NCBI GenBank assembly: GCA_043797665.1
Contig: JAZDPL010000059.1
Coordinates: forward strand, 1-21,121
Length of the DNA: 21,121 nucleotides
Direction: 5' to 3'
DNA from: Candidatus Omnitrophota bacterium
GTDB lineage: Bacteria > Ratteibacteria > UBA8468 > MWAK01
Shown: piece after piece, positions 1 through 7,465 of the stretch
Numbering within the stretch: position 1 is the stretch's first letter
How the letters are laid out: each line of letters opens with the position of its first letter
Program-made: the position numbers and the translations under genes
The notes under the pieces: generated by a model
What the model saw: the letters and a program-made list of their open reading frames with translations, nothing else
What the model was told of the DNA's origin: nothing
The model's database searches: none

Positions 1-5
1 GTAAA

Positions 6-36
6 GTAGCCACCCGTTCCGGTCATGGTAGCCACC
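6..36 (+). mobile_element. Possible IS21-family-like terminal repeat remnant (cut by window edge)
   Basis: GTAGCCACC occurs at 6-14 and 28-36 (22-bp period) with TTCCGG between. This resembles the tandem transposase-binding repeats at IS21-family ends (recalled). No transposase in the window. Confidence 0.35.
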
Positions 37-121
37 TCCTGTTTTAATCCTCCCCCGTCCGGCGGAATTGACTTGTGTCCCACGCCGGCGTGTGCAGCAC
101 AGGCTTTAACCCTAAAAAACT

Positions 122-140
122 TCTTATGTCGGAATTTCAG
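122..140 (+). repeat. 19-bp sequence TCTTATGTCGGAATTTCAG, left copy of a long-range inverted repeat
   Basis: Exact reverse complement CTGAAATTCCGACATAAGA at 4960-4978. Confidence 0.9.
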
Positions 141-160
141 GGCACCGGATTCCTCCCTTC

Positions 161-190
161 TTGACATTATCCTGTCGGTCGTGTTAAAAT
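161..190 (+). promoter_or_regulatory. Sigma70-type promoter of the nik operon
   Basis: TTGACA (161-166), 18-bp spacer, then TAAAAT (185-190) preceded by TGn (extended -10). Lies 77 bp upstream of ATG 268. Confidence 0.7.
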
Positions 191-193
191 TTA

Positions 194-220
194 GTAGCAC
201 TAAATTAAAAAAAGTAACAC
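194..220. promoter_or_regulatory. Candidate NikR-type operator GTAGCAC-N13-GTAACAC
   Basis: Two 7-bp near-identical half-sites (194-200, 214-220) separated by a 13-bp A/T-only spacer, over the predicted transcription start of a Ni transporter operon. Reverse strand reads GTGTTAC-N13-GTGCTAC, like half-sites recalled for deltaproteobacterial NikR. Confidence 0.6.
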
Positions 221-267
221 ACTCAAACCGTCGGGAAAAGGAAAAACGAGAAAGGGGGCAACAAAAA

Positions 268-1038
268 ATGCGAAGGGCGTGGTTTAAGATGGGACTTGTG
301 GTGGGGCTGCTCTTTTTATTGGCTGTGGTCTCGGAGGGTGCCCATCCGTTAATTACCGATGACGCAGGCACGGCGGGAAAGGGAAAGGTTCAGATAGAAG
401 TAAATGCTGAGACCGGTTACGAGAAAGAAGAGGAAGTTAAGGGAGAAACCTGGGAACTGGCCGGTAGTTTTACTTTAGGCGTAAGCGAGCAGGTGGATTT
501 AGTATTAGGCATCCCCTATTCATCGTGTAAAGTAAAAGAGGACGACGTAGTGACCTCGGATGAAAACGGAGTGGGCGACTTTTCCCTGGAGTGCAAGTGG
601 CGTTTTTTGGAAGGACATGACTGGAGTCTGGCATGTAAGCCCGGTCTTACCTTCCCTGCCGGCGATGAAGAAAAAGGACTGGGAACAGGCCGGTCAACCT
701 ACGGTCTGGTTTTGATTGCTACGAAGGAAATTCAGAGTTGTGCGGTCCATTGTAACGCCGGATATATCCGAAACGAAAATAAAGCGGGAGAACGGGAAGA
801 CATCTGGCATCTCTCTTTAGCGGGAGAAGTAGAAATGAATAAAAATCTAAAGATGGTTGCCAATATCGGCGTTGAAGAGAACACGGAAAAAGGAGCGGAC
901 CAGGACCCGGTCTTCTTCCTCGGTGGGTTAATCTACAATCTTTCAGAAAGAACGAACCTGGACCTCGGAGTAAAAACGGGTTTAAACAAAGCCGAAACCG
1001 ATATTTCCTACCTTGCAGGGGTGACCTTTTTCTTTTAA
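268..1038 (+). CDS. Putative outer-membrane beta-barrel channel (MetA-pathway-of-phenol-degradation/transporter-like), 256 aa
   Basis: Start moved from 25 to ATG 268 (AGGGGG upstream, downstream of the promoter). N-terminal signal peptide MRRAWFKMGLVVGLLFLLAVVSEGA, then HPLITDDAGT, alternating amphipathic strands, and C-terminal YLAGVTFFF ending in Phe. Confidence 0.75.
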   Translation: MRRAWFKMGLVVGLLFLLAVVSEGAHPLITDDAGTAGKGKVQIEVNAETGYEKEEEVKGETWELAGSFTLGVSEQVDLVLGIPYSSCKVKEDDVVTSDENGVGDFSLECKWRFLEGHDWSLACKPGLTFPAGDEEKGLGTGRSTYGLVLIATKEIQSCAVHCNAGYIRNENKAGEREDIWHLSLAGEVEMNKNLKMVANIGVEENTEKGADQDPVFFLGGLIYNLSERTNLDLGVKTGLNKAETDISYLAGVTFFF

Positions 1039-1050
1039 GAGGAGGATAAT

Positions 1051-1731
1051 ATGCACATACCTGATGGATATTTAGGACCGGCGACATGCGGCGTTTTTTA
1101 CGCGGCAATGCTTCCGATATGGACGTTTGCCTCGAAAATTGTTAAAAAGACGTTGCAGGCAAAACAGGTGCCGATGATGGCAATAGGCGCGGCATTCAGT
1201 TTTGTAATTATGATGTTTAATGTACCTATCCCGGGCGGAACAACCGGACACGCAGTGGGCGGTGTTCTCGTTGCGATACTCCTTGGACCATGGGCAGCAT
1301 GTATCGCAATTACCGTTGCGCTGGTAGTTCAGGCGCTCCTCTTTGGCGACGGTGGGATTACTGCCATCGGCGCCAATTGTTTTAACATGGCTTTTGTGCT
1401 TCCGTTTGCCGGATATTATATCTATAAGGCGATTAGTTGCCATGCTCCTATCGACTCGAATAGAAGAGTCATCGCCGCCGGTATTGCCGGTTATTTGGCG
1501 CTCAATCTTGCCGCCGGCCTGACCGGATTTGAGTTCGGTATCCAGCCCCTGCTTCATAAAACAGCAAGCGGACAGGCACTATACTGTCCCTATGGGTTAA
1601 ATGTTGCGTTGACTGCTATGATTGGAGAACACCTGTTGATTTTTGGATGGGTGGAGGCTGTCGTGACTGCTCTGGTAATAAAATACTTACAAAAACAAGC
1701 GCCGGAACTTCTTGAAAAAGGGAGGATATAG
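1051..1731 (+). CDS. nikM: Ni/Co ECF transporter substrate-binding membrane component NikM/CbiM
   Basis: N-terminal MHIPDG metal-binding motif, PGGTTGH, LLFGDGGITAIGAN; GAGGAGG RBS. Confidence 0.92.
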   Translation: MHIPDGYLGPATCGVFYAAMLPIWTFASKIVKKTLQAKQVPMMAIGAAFSFVIMMFNVPIPGGTTGHAVGGVLVAILLGPWAACIAITVALVVQALLFGDGGITAIGANCFNMAFVLPFAGYYIYKAISCHAPIDSNRRVIAAGIAGYLALNLAAGLTGFEFGIQPLLHKTASGQALYCPYGLNVALTAMIGEHLLIFGWVEAVVTALVIKYLQKQAPELLEKGRI

Positions 1732-1733
1732 CC

Positions 1734-2069
1734 ATGAAAATTATCACCAAATTTTGGATAGGGATGGCGGTACTGATTATACTTTCTCCGCTTGGACTTA
1801 TATTACCGGAACATTTTAAGGCAGGCTCTGCATGGGGTGAATGGGAAGCCGGTGAGATGCAAAAACTCGCAGGCTATATCCCCTCAGGACTCGAAAAGCT
1901 ATCGGGTCTTTGGAATGCTCCTATTCCCGACTACGCTTTCAAGGGCTGGGAGGAGAAAGATCTGCCACACTTAAGTCTTGCCTATATAATATCTGCTATC
2001 GCAGGCATTGGTATAATTATTTTTGTAGTGATGGGAACAGGAAAGCTATTGGCCAAGAAAGGCGATTAA
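1734..2069 (+). CDS. nikN: NikN-like accessory membrane component (PDGLE-type)
   Basis: Two hydrophobic segments flanking a loop with AWGEW and APIPDY; lies between M and Q components. Confidence 0.8.
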   Translation: MKIITKFWIGMAVLIILSPLGLILPEHFKAGSAWGEWEAGEMQKLAGYIPSGLEKLSGLWNAPIPDYAFKGWEEKDLPHLSLAYIISAIAGIGIIIFVVMGTGKLLAKKGD

Positions 2070-2073
2070 TCAC

Positions 2074-2916
2074 GTGTTAAAAGGTAATAATTTTATAGAG
2101 CGCTCGATTACGGGCACCCTATCCTTCCTCAAAGAGTCTATTTTTGCCGATGAATACGCGGCGCGGCAAGGATTCTTACAATCTCTGGACCCCCGGATTA
2201 AGGCGATAACAGTTATCCTGTTTCTTATGGCGATACTTTTTACAAAAAGCATCGTTGTTTCCCTCTGTATATATATCGTATGCTTGATTCTCGCATATTT
2301 TTCTAAAGTTAATATGGGCTTCTTTTTGAAAAGGACATGGATATTTATTCCGATATTCTCCCTTTTTATCGCAATCCCTGCGCTATTTGATATCTTTACG
2401 CCCGGAGAAACCTTGTTTACCATAAATATGCTCGGTGTAAAACTCATTATTACGCGTCAGGGGTTGTTTGGAGCAACATTATTCGTCACACGTGTAATAG
2501 CCTCGGTATCGTTTGTCGTTCTCCTTAGCATTACGACGAAACATTTCGTGCTACTTAAAGTCTTGCGTATTTTTGGAATACCCCAGGTTTTTGTTATGAC
2601 GCTGGGTATGTGTTACCGGTATATCTATCTTTTCCTGGCATTAATCGAAAATACATACCTTGCCATTAAGAGCCGCGCGGGCACACACCTGCACTACAAA
2701 AGAGGCCAGCATATCGTAGCCTGGAATATATCCTCTCTCTGGTATAGGTCATATCATCTGAGTGAAGCGGTTTATAATGCCATGCTCTCAAGAGGATATG
2801 CGGGAGAACCCGTTATATTAGATGATTTCAAGACTAAATCAAGAGATTGGATATGGCTATTCTTGACAGCAATATTTTTTGTAACCATATTCTATTTGAA
2901 TGCTAAATTAACATGA
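2074..2916 (+). CDS. nikQ: ECF transporter T component NikQ/CbiQ
   Basis: LQSLDPRIK, multiple TM segments, YRYIYL, AIKSRA and AMLSRGY motifs; GTG start. Confidence 0.9.
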   Translation: MLKGNNFIERSITGTLSFLKESIFADEYAARQGFLQSLDPRIKAITVILFLMAILFTKSIVVSLCIYIVCLILAYFSKVNMGFFLKRTWIFIPIFSLFIAIPALFDIFTPGETLFTINMLGVKLIITRQGLFGATLFVTRVIASVSFVVLLSITTKHFVLLKVLRIFGIPQVFVMTLGMCYRYIYLFLALIENTYLAIKSRAGTHLHYKRGQHIVAWNISSLWYRSYHLSEAVYNAMLSRGYAGEPVILDDFKTKSRDWIWLFLTAIFFVTIFYLNAKLT

Positions 2917-3668
2917 ACAACGCAATCTTTGAATTAAGGGACGTTTATTTTTCTTATCTGGGAAAGTTCCCGGCGTTGTGCGGAGTAGATATTACTATAG
3001 AACAAGGCCAGAAGGTGACCGTTATAGGCGCCAACGGTTCGGGTAAATCCACGCTCTTGCATCTCCTGGACGGACTGGTATTTGCGGACAATGGTAGCGT
3101 TAAATTCCTTGGGAAAGAATTAAAGAAAGGATGTTTTAATGATGCGGATTTCTCAAGGACTTTTAGGCGTACTGTGGGGTTAGTATTTCAAAATCCGGAC
3201 GTTCAGTTATTTTGTCCAACGGTAAAAGAAGACATTATCTTCGGACCATTACAGCTTGGAATTGGGGAAGAGGAAATTAAAAGGCACCTCGAAGAATTAG
3301 CGACTATTTGGGATATTAAAGATTTGTTCGATAGATCACCTCACCAGTTAAGCATCGGGGAAAAACGCAAAGTTGCCATAGCGTCCTCTTTAATTATAAA
3401 TCCAGACATTCTTATCCTGGATGAGCCAACCGCGGGGCTTGACCCTTCAACTTCCAGACAAATAATCGATATTATTATTCAATCAAACTTTGAAGGTAAA
3501 ACCATTGTTACCGCTACACACGACCTGCATCTTGTAGCAGAAATATCCGATTTGATTTATGTACTTAACAAAGAAAAGAAAATGGTCAGATATGGCAGCC
3601 CGGATGAAATATTAAAAGATACCGAGTTTTTGCAAAGGCACAATCTCACCCATACCCGTTCAGGATAA
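2913..3668 (+). CDS. nikO: ECF transporter ATPase NikO/CbiO
   Basis: Walker A GANGSGKST, Q-loop VFQNPD, signature LSIGEKRK, Walker B ILILDEPT, H-loop ATHD; ATGA overlap with nikQ. Confidence 0.92.
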   Translation: MNNAIFELRDVYFSYLGKFPALCGVDITIEQGQKVTVIGANGSGKSTLLHLLDGLVFADNGSVKFLGKELKKGCFNDADFSRTFRRTVGLVFQNPDVQLFCPTVKEDIIFGPLQLGIGEEEIKRHLEELATIWDIKDLFDRSPHQLSIGEKRKVAIASSLIINPDILILDEPTAGLDPSTSRQIIDIIIQSNFEGKTIVTATHDLHLVAEISDLIYVLNKEKKMVRYGSPDEILKDTEFLQRHNLTHTRSG

Positions 3669-3676
3669 AATGCGGT

Positions 3677-4891
3677 TTATTCAAAGGTGAAATTCTTCTT
3701 TCGGAAGAGGGTCAGGCAGGCATCAACGGATGCCGGGTCGTAAAGCGTACCCTTGTTATTAGAAACTTCTTTAAGTGCCTCATCAATACCCAGGGCCGGA
3801 CGGTAAGGCCGCTGGAAGGTCATCGCCTCAACCACGTCGGCTACGGACAAAATCTTTGTCTCCAGGAGAATCTGGTCATCGGAAAGACCGGCGGGATAAC
3901 CGGAACCGTTGCACCTTTCGTGATGCTGGAGAGCAACCTGGGCAACCGGCCAGGGAAAATCTATCGTTTTCAGAATATCGTACCCGACCTGAGGGTGGAA
4001 TTTAATCACCCCGAATTCACCCTCGGTAAGTTTACCCGGCTTGGAAAGGATTTCCGCCGGTACATATATCTTGCCGATGTCGTGCAGAATACCGGCAACT
4101 TTAATACCCTTAACCTGTTCGGGAAGGAGGTTCATCTCTTCCGCAATATGAGAAGCCAGATACGAAACACGCTGTTGATGTCCGCCGGTATAGGGGTCTC
4201 TCTTCTCTGATAGCATGGAAAGTGCATAGACCGCTCCTTCAAGAGTCTTCTCCAAATTTTCCAGAGTCTGTTTGAGAATTTCTTCCGCCCGTTTGCGGTC
4301 GGTAATATCACGGATAATTCCGATTGTCCCCAAAAACCGCCCTTGCGGAATACGGCTATCCTCTTCGTAGTGGCCCCTGGCGGCTCCTTCTACCCAGACA
4401 CCTTTATCTACAGCCGCTTTCAAATTAATATAGCCGGTAGTGAACAACTCACCCCACACCACTTTAGACTCCATTCCCTTTAAGGAGTCGGCCAGCGCGG
4501 ACTGTGCGGTACTCTTGGGCAATAACCGGAAGACCAGCCCTCTGGTCATCCGGGAACCGGTCCGCCTCTCGTCAAAAAGTTTCGGTGCCTCTTCGCCGCC
4601 GGTCCGCTTGCCGACATACTTGGGCAGGACAACACCGCTGCTGATGTTTTCAACGTCTTCCGGATATACTATCACGCTAAAATGTTTCCCTATCAACTCT
4701 TCGGGTTCGTACCCCAAATTATGCACCGCTTCGTTCACGAAGACAAAACGGCCGTCCGGGTCTATCTTGTAAACGATATCCGGTATGAAGTAGAGCAGGT
4801 CCTTATAATTTTTTACGTCTTCCCGCTGTATCTCTTTCATCCTGCTCTGAACGGCAGAAACGGTTTTCTTTTTATCTCTCTCAGAGCGCAT
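3677..4891 (-). CDS. PAS-domain HD-GYP cyclic dinucleotide phosphodiesterase, 404 aa
   Basis: RDPYTGGH, LHDIGK, HHERCNGSGYP and ADVVEAM..RPYR motifs. N-terminal PAS (PDIVYKIDPDGRFVFVN...LGYEPEELIG...IIRDITDRK). Start moved to ATG 4891 with AGAGGAG RBS. Confidence 0.9.
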   Translation of the reverse strand: MRSERDKKKTVSAVQSRMKEIQREDVKNYKDLLYFIPDIVYKIDPDGRFVFVNEAVHNLGYEPEELIGKHFSVIVYPEDVENISSGVVLPKYVGKRTGGEEAPKLFDERRTGSRMTRGLVFRLLPKSTAQSALADSLKGMESKVVWGELFTTGYINLKAAVDKGVWVEGAARGHYEEDSRIPQGRFLGTIGIIRDITDRKRAEEILKQTLENLEKTLEGAVYALSMLSEKRDPYTGGHQQRVSYLASHIAEEMNLLPEQVKGIKVAGILHDIGKIYVPAEILSKPGKLTEGEFGVIKFHPQVGYDILKTIDFPWPVAQVALQHHERCNGSGYPAGLSDDQILLETKILSVADVVEAMTFQRPYRPALGIDEALKEVSNNKGTLYDPASVDACLTLFRKKNFTFE

Positions 4892-4953
4892 ATTGCTCTC
4901 CTCTCGGATTAAGATTATATCATGCGTGATTAATTTCCACAACCGGGTTGTAT

Positions 4954-4982
4954 GTTATACTGAAATTCCGACATAAGACCAA
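4954..4982 (-). promoter_or_regulatory. Possible promoter of the HD-GYP gene
   Basis: Minus strand TTGGTC-N17-TATAAC; both boxes imperfect. Confidence 0.3.
4960..4978 (-). repeat. 19-bp sequence, right copy of the long-range inverted repeat
   Basis: CTGAAATTCCGACATAAGA, exact reverse complement of 122-140. Confidence 0.9.
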
Positions 4983-5110
4983 TCCTACCTACCTTTGGGT
5001 TTCCCGCTATCCGGTTCTTACACTTTGACCACGAAAAGCCGTATTTTGAAGGTACATCGGAAAGCCGACAGGTCCCAAAAATCAATTTTTAATACAAATG
5101 CAATAAGGAT

Positions 5111-5185
5111 GGATTCCCGCTTAAAACATGCGGGAATGACAAAAGGGAAGCATGCGGGAATGACAAAAGGGAAGCATGCGGGAAT
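5111..5185. repeat. REP-like palindrome GGATTCCCGC..GCGGGAATGAC with 24-bp tandem expansion
   Basis: ATTCCCGC-TTAAAACAT-GCGGGAAT hairpin. CATGCGGGAATGACAAAAGGGAAG at 5127-5150 and 5151-5174, partial at 5175-5185. Confidence 0.85.
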
Positions 5186-5216
5186 ACGGGTCCCCTTCCC
5201 CTTGAATGGGGAAGGG
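5186..5216 (+). repeat. 31-nt ACGGGT-leader hairpin element, copy A
   Basis: ACGGGT-C-CCCTTCCCC-TTGAAT-GGGGAAGGG. Confidence 0.85.
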
Positions 5217-5237
5217 CAGCGTATAATTAGGTTTGCA

Positions 5238-6182
5238 TTATTCCTGGGTGTAGGTGGTGGTAACCGTTAGACTGCTTATCGCACCCGGTGTTATCTGAAC
5301 CGGAGAACCGCCGGCTGCTTCTATTTCCATAAAGAGGTCGGGGTCACTGTAAACACTGTACCGTATTCCGGTGCTCAGGGGCGTTGTGTCAGGAGGACGG
5401 TCAGCGATGTCAATGTAATCCAGACCCGGACCAACAGGAAGGGCTTTCCGTCTTACTCTTATCTTCTTCCGGGGGTTCCGATATTCAATCCACTCCACCT
5501 GGGAACCCAATCCAATCTGGTATCTCAAACCACCGTCGGTCTTTGTGTGCCAGAAATTCCGGTCCTCACACCTTTTGGAATCACTTGGTTCGTAGAGGTC
5601 CGAGATAGCCGAAGACGCCACCAGGGGAAAGACCACTTCACATCCGGGACCGCTGTCAAACTGGCAGAGGGTCCACGGCACCAGGAGACATTCGCTCCGG
5701 TCAAGTGTCTTTGTACCGGAATAAGCGACGGACTCCACTACGACCACCGAAACTCCGTTCTTCTCCGGAAAAAGAGAAATGTCACGGCTGAAAACAGTCG
5801 CCATACCCAACCCGCGGTTATTAATGAGGTCTATGTCTGCTGAAACTTTTACTCTTTCCTTTCCCGCCTCCGTCACCCGGTACCGTGCCGACGAAATACC
5901 GGCCGGGACCGACCATCTTCCGGTTGAGTACTGGTAGCCAAGGTCTGTTCCTTCCGGTGCAGGCCACAGTCCGTCACCGCCCGGGTTAAGGTACCTGTCC
6001 CGGCCTGTCTGTTCTAAAACGGCATCAGATCTTACCCGGTTCAGCACCATTCCGTTAAGAACCGTAAATATCCTGCCTTCAAGGTCAAGTGCTACTAACA
6101 CACCGGCGGTTTCGTCGCCCACAAAATGAAACCGGCGCCGGCCTTTTTCAAATAAGTTGAAAATCTCCGGAGATTTCATCAT
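5238..6182 (-). CDS. Uncharacterised protein, possibly galactose-mutarotase-like beta-supersandwich (DUF6786/DUF4380-like)
   Basis: 314-aa ORF with AGGTGA RBS. NPGGDGLWPAPEG and FMEIEAAGG resemble motifs recalled for these DUFs. The CDS is well supported; the family call is tentative. Confidence 0.55.
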   Translation of the reverse strand: MMKSPEIFNLFEKGRRRFHFVGDETAGVLVALDLEGRIFTVLNGMVLNRVRSDAVLEQTGRDRYLNPGGDGLWPAPEGTDLGYQYSTGRWSVPAGISSARYRVTEAGKERVKVSADIDLINNRGLGMATVFSRDISLFPEKNGVSVVVVESVAYSGTKTLDRSECLLVPWTLCQFDSGPGCEVVFPLVASSAISDLYEPSDSKRCEDRNFWHTKTDGGLRYQIGLGSQVEWIEYRNPRKKIRVRRKALPVGPGLDYIDIADRPPDTTPLSTGIRYSVYSDPDLFMEIEAAGGSPVQITPGAISSLTVTTTYTQE

Positions 6183-6200
6183 TCACCTAAAGAGAAGGAA

Positions 6201-6551
6201 TTACGGGAGAAGGGAAAGCAGAGAAACGGGGCATCCGTCACCCTTGCGCAGACCTAACTTCAGAAGTTGGGTATACCCACCGTTCCGGCCGGTATACCGG
6301 GGAGCGATTTCCGAAAAGAGTTTTTTCACTAAATCCTTATCCTGAACTACGGAAGAGACATCACGCCGGTGCGATAACGTATCTTCTTTGGCTAACGTAA
6401 TCAGTTTTTCCACCAGGACCTGAATCTGCTTAGCACGGGCGGACGAAGTCTTTACCCGGCCATTTCCAAGCAGTCCTTTTAGTAATGACCGGAAAATACC
6501 AATCCTCCGGCCCCGATTGAGATTTACCCTTTTCCGCCTTCGGTGACGCAT
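6201..6551 (-). CDS. rplQ: 50S ribosomal protein L17
   Basis: MRHR start, VEKLITLAK, RNGGYTQLLKLGLRKGDG; follows rpoA. Confidence 0.95.
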   Translation of the reverse strand: MRHRRRKRVNLNRGRRIGIFRSLLKGLLGNGRVKTSSARAKQIQVLVEKLITLAKEDTLSHRRDVSSVVQDKDLVKKLFSEIAPRYTGRNGGYTQLLKLGLRKGDGCPVSLLSLLP

Positions 6552-7441
6552 AATTTATTTGCCTCAAGAAACCGGTAGATTTCATCCCGGGACTTATCGC
6601 CCAGACGGGGAATTTCTTCCAGTTTCTTTTTCGAACAAGACAAAAGGTTCTTTACGGTAACAATGTTACTGCTCTTCAGGACATTGGCAATCCGGGCGGG
6701 AAGAAACCCGTCCAGGGTCTTTTCCAGTAAATTATCGCCGGTAGCCACGTCTTTTTCACCGGCAATCAACGTAAAATGTTTCTGGAGAATTCCGGTGGCG
6801 AAAGTAATTGCTTCTTTGGGAGAGACCGCACCGGTGGTCCAGATTTCCATAATCAATTTCTCGTAATCAACCCGCTGGCCCACGCGGGTATTCTCAGTGC
6901 GGTAAGAAACGCGGGTTACCGGACTGAACGAAACCGCCATTAGAATCGTGCCGATGGGAACTCCCTCCTGGTTCATACGGCTTACCGGAACATAACCAAA
7001 ACTTTTACCGACGGCCAATTCCATCCGGATCTGAGTTCCCTCTGAAAGCGTGGCAATATGCAGATTGGAATTGAGAACCTCAATCTCCGGACCCGGGAAC
7101 AAGTCCCCGGCCAGAATCTCATTCTTATCCTTAATCGTAACCGGAAATGTCTTGGGTAAATCGGTAATATTACTTTTGAGATTGACCTGCTTCAGATTCA
7201 GGATGATATCGGTTACGTCTTCTTTCACGCCGGAAACCGCTGAAAATTCGTGGGCAACGCCATCAATCTTTACGCTGGTAATCGCTACTCCGGAAATGGA
7301 TGAAAGCAAAACCCGGCGCAGGGTATTGCCGATGGTAGTTGCATACCCCCGTTCTAACGGTGCCACCATAATCTTACCGTAGTTCTGACGATAGGTATCT
7401 TTCTCCCACTCTATCTTCTTCGGATATTCAAATTGCTCCAT
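6524..7441 (-). CDS. rpoA: RNA polymerase alpha subunit
   Basis: PLERGYATTIGNTLRRVLLSSI, HEFSAVSGVKEDV, FSPVTRV, TRVGQRVDYEKL. Confidence 0.97.
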   Translation of the reverse strand: MEQFEYPKKIEWEKDTYRQNYGKIMVAPLERGYATTIGNTLRRVLLSSISGVAITSVKIDGVAHEFSAVSGVKEDVTDIILNLKQVNLKSNITDLPKTFPVTIKDKNEILAGDLFPGPEIEVLNSNLHIATLSEGTQIRMELAVGKSFGYVPVSRMNQEGVPIGTILMAVSFSPVTRVSYRTENTRVGQRVDYEKLIMEIWTTGAVSPKEAITFATGILQKHFTLIAGEKDVATGDNLLEKTLDGFLPARIANVLKSSNIVTVKNLLSCSKKKLEEIPRLGDKSRDEIYRFLEANKLCVTEGGKG

Positions 7442-7465
7442 AGATACTTTCCCCTTTTAGACAAA

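Noticed and set aside
25..267. N-terminal 81 aa of the 337-aa ORF
   Set aside because: Spans repeats, promoter and operator; the signal peptide and RBS point to ATG 268.
190..267. Cobalamin or NiCo riboswitch
   Set aside because: Leader is short, A-rich and lacks recognisable riboswitch motifs.
4979..5110. ncRNA or small gene in the unexplained spacer
   Set aside because: No recognisable structure, RBS-led ORF or second element end could be supported by eye.
5127..5185. Possible CRISPR array
   Set aside because: Units are contiguous and identical with no unique spacers; no cas genes in the window.
5192..5216. Intrinsic terminator of the ribosomal superoperon
   Set aside because: Well placed, but there is no U-tract on the minus strand and the hairpin belongs to the dispersed 31-nt family.
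4995..5270. 91-aa ORF with KHAGMTKG repeats
   Set aside because: It is a translation of the non-coding REP-like tandem repeat, with a TTG start and no RBS.
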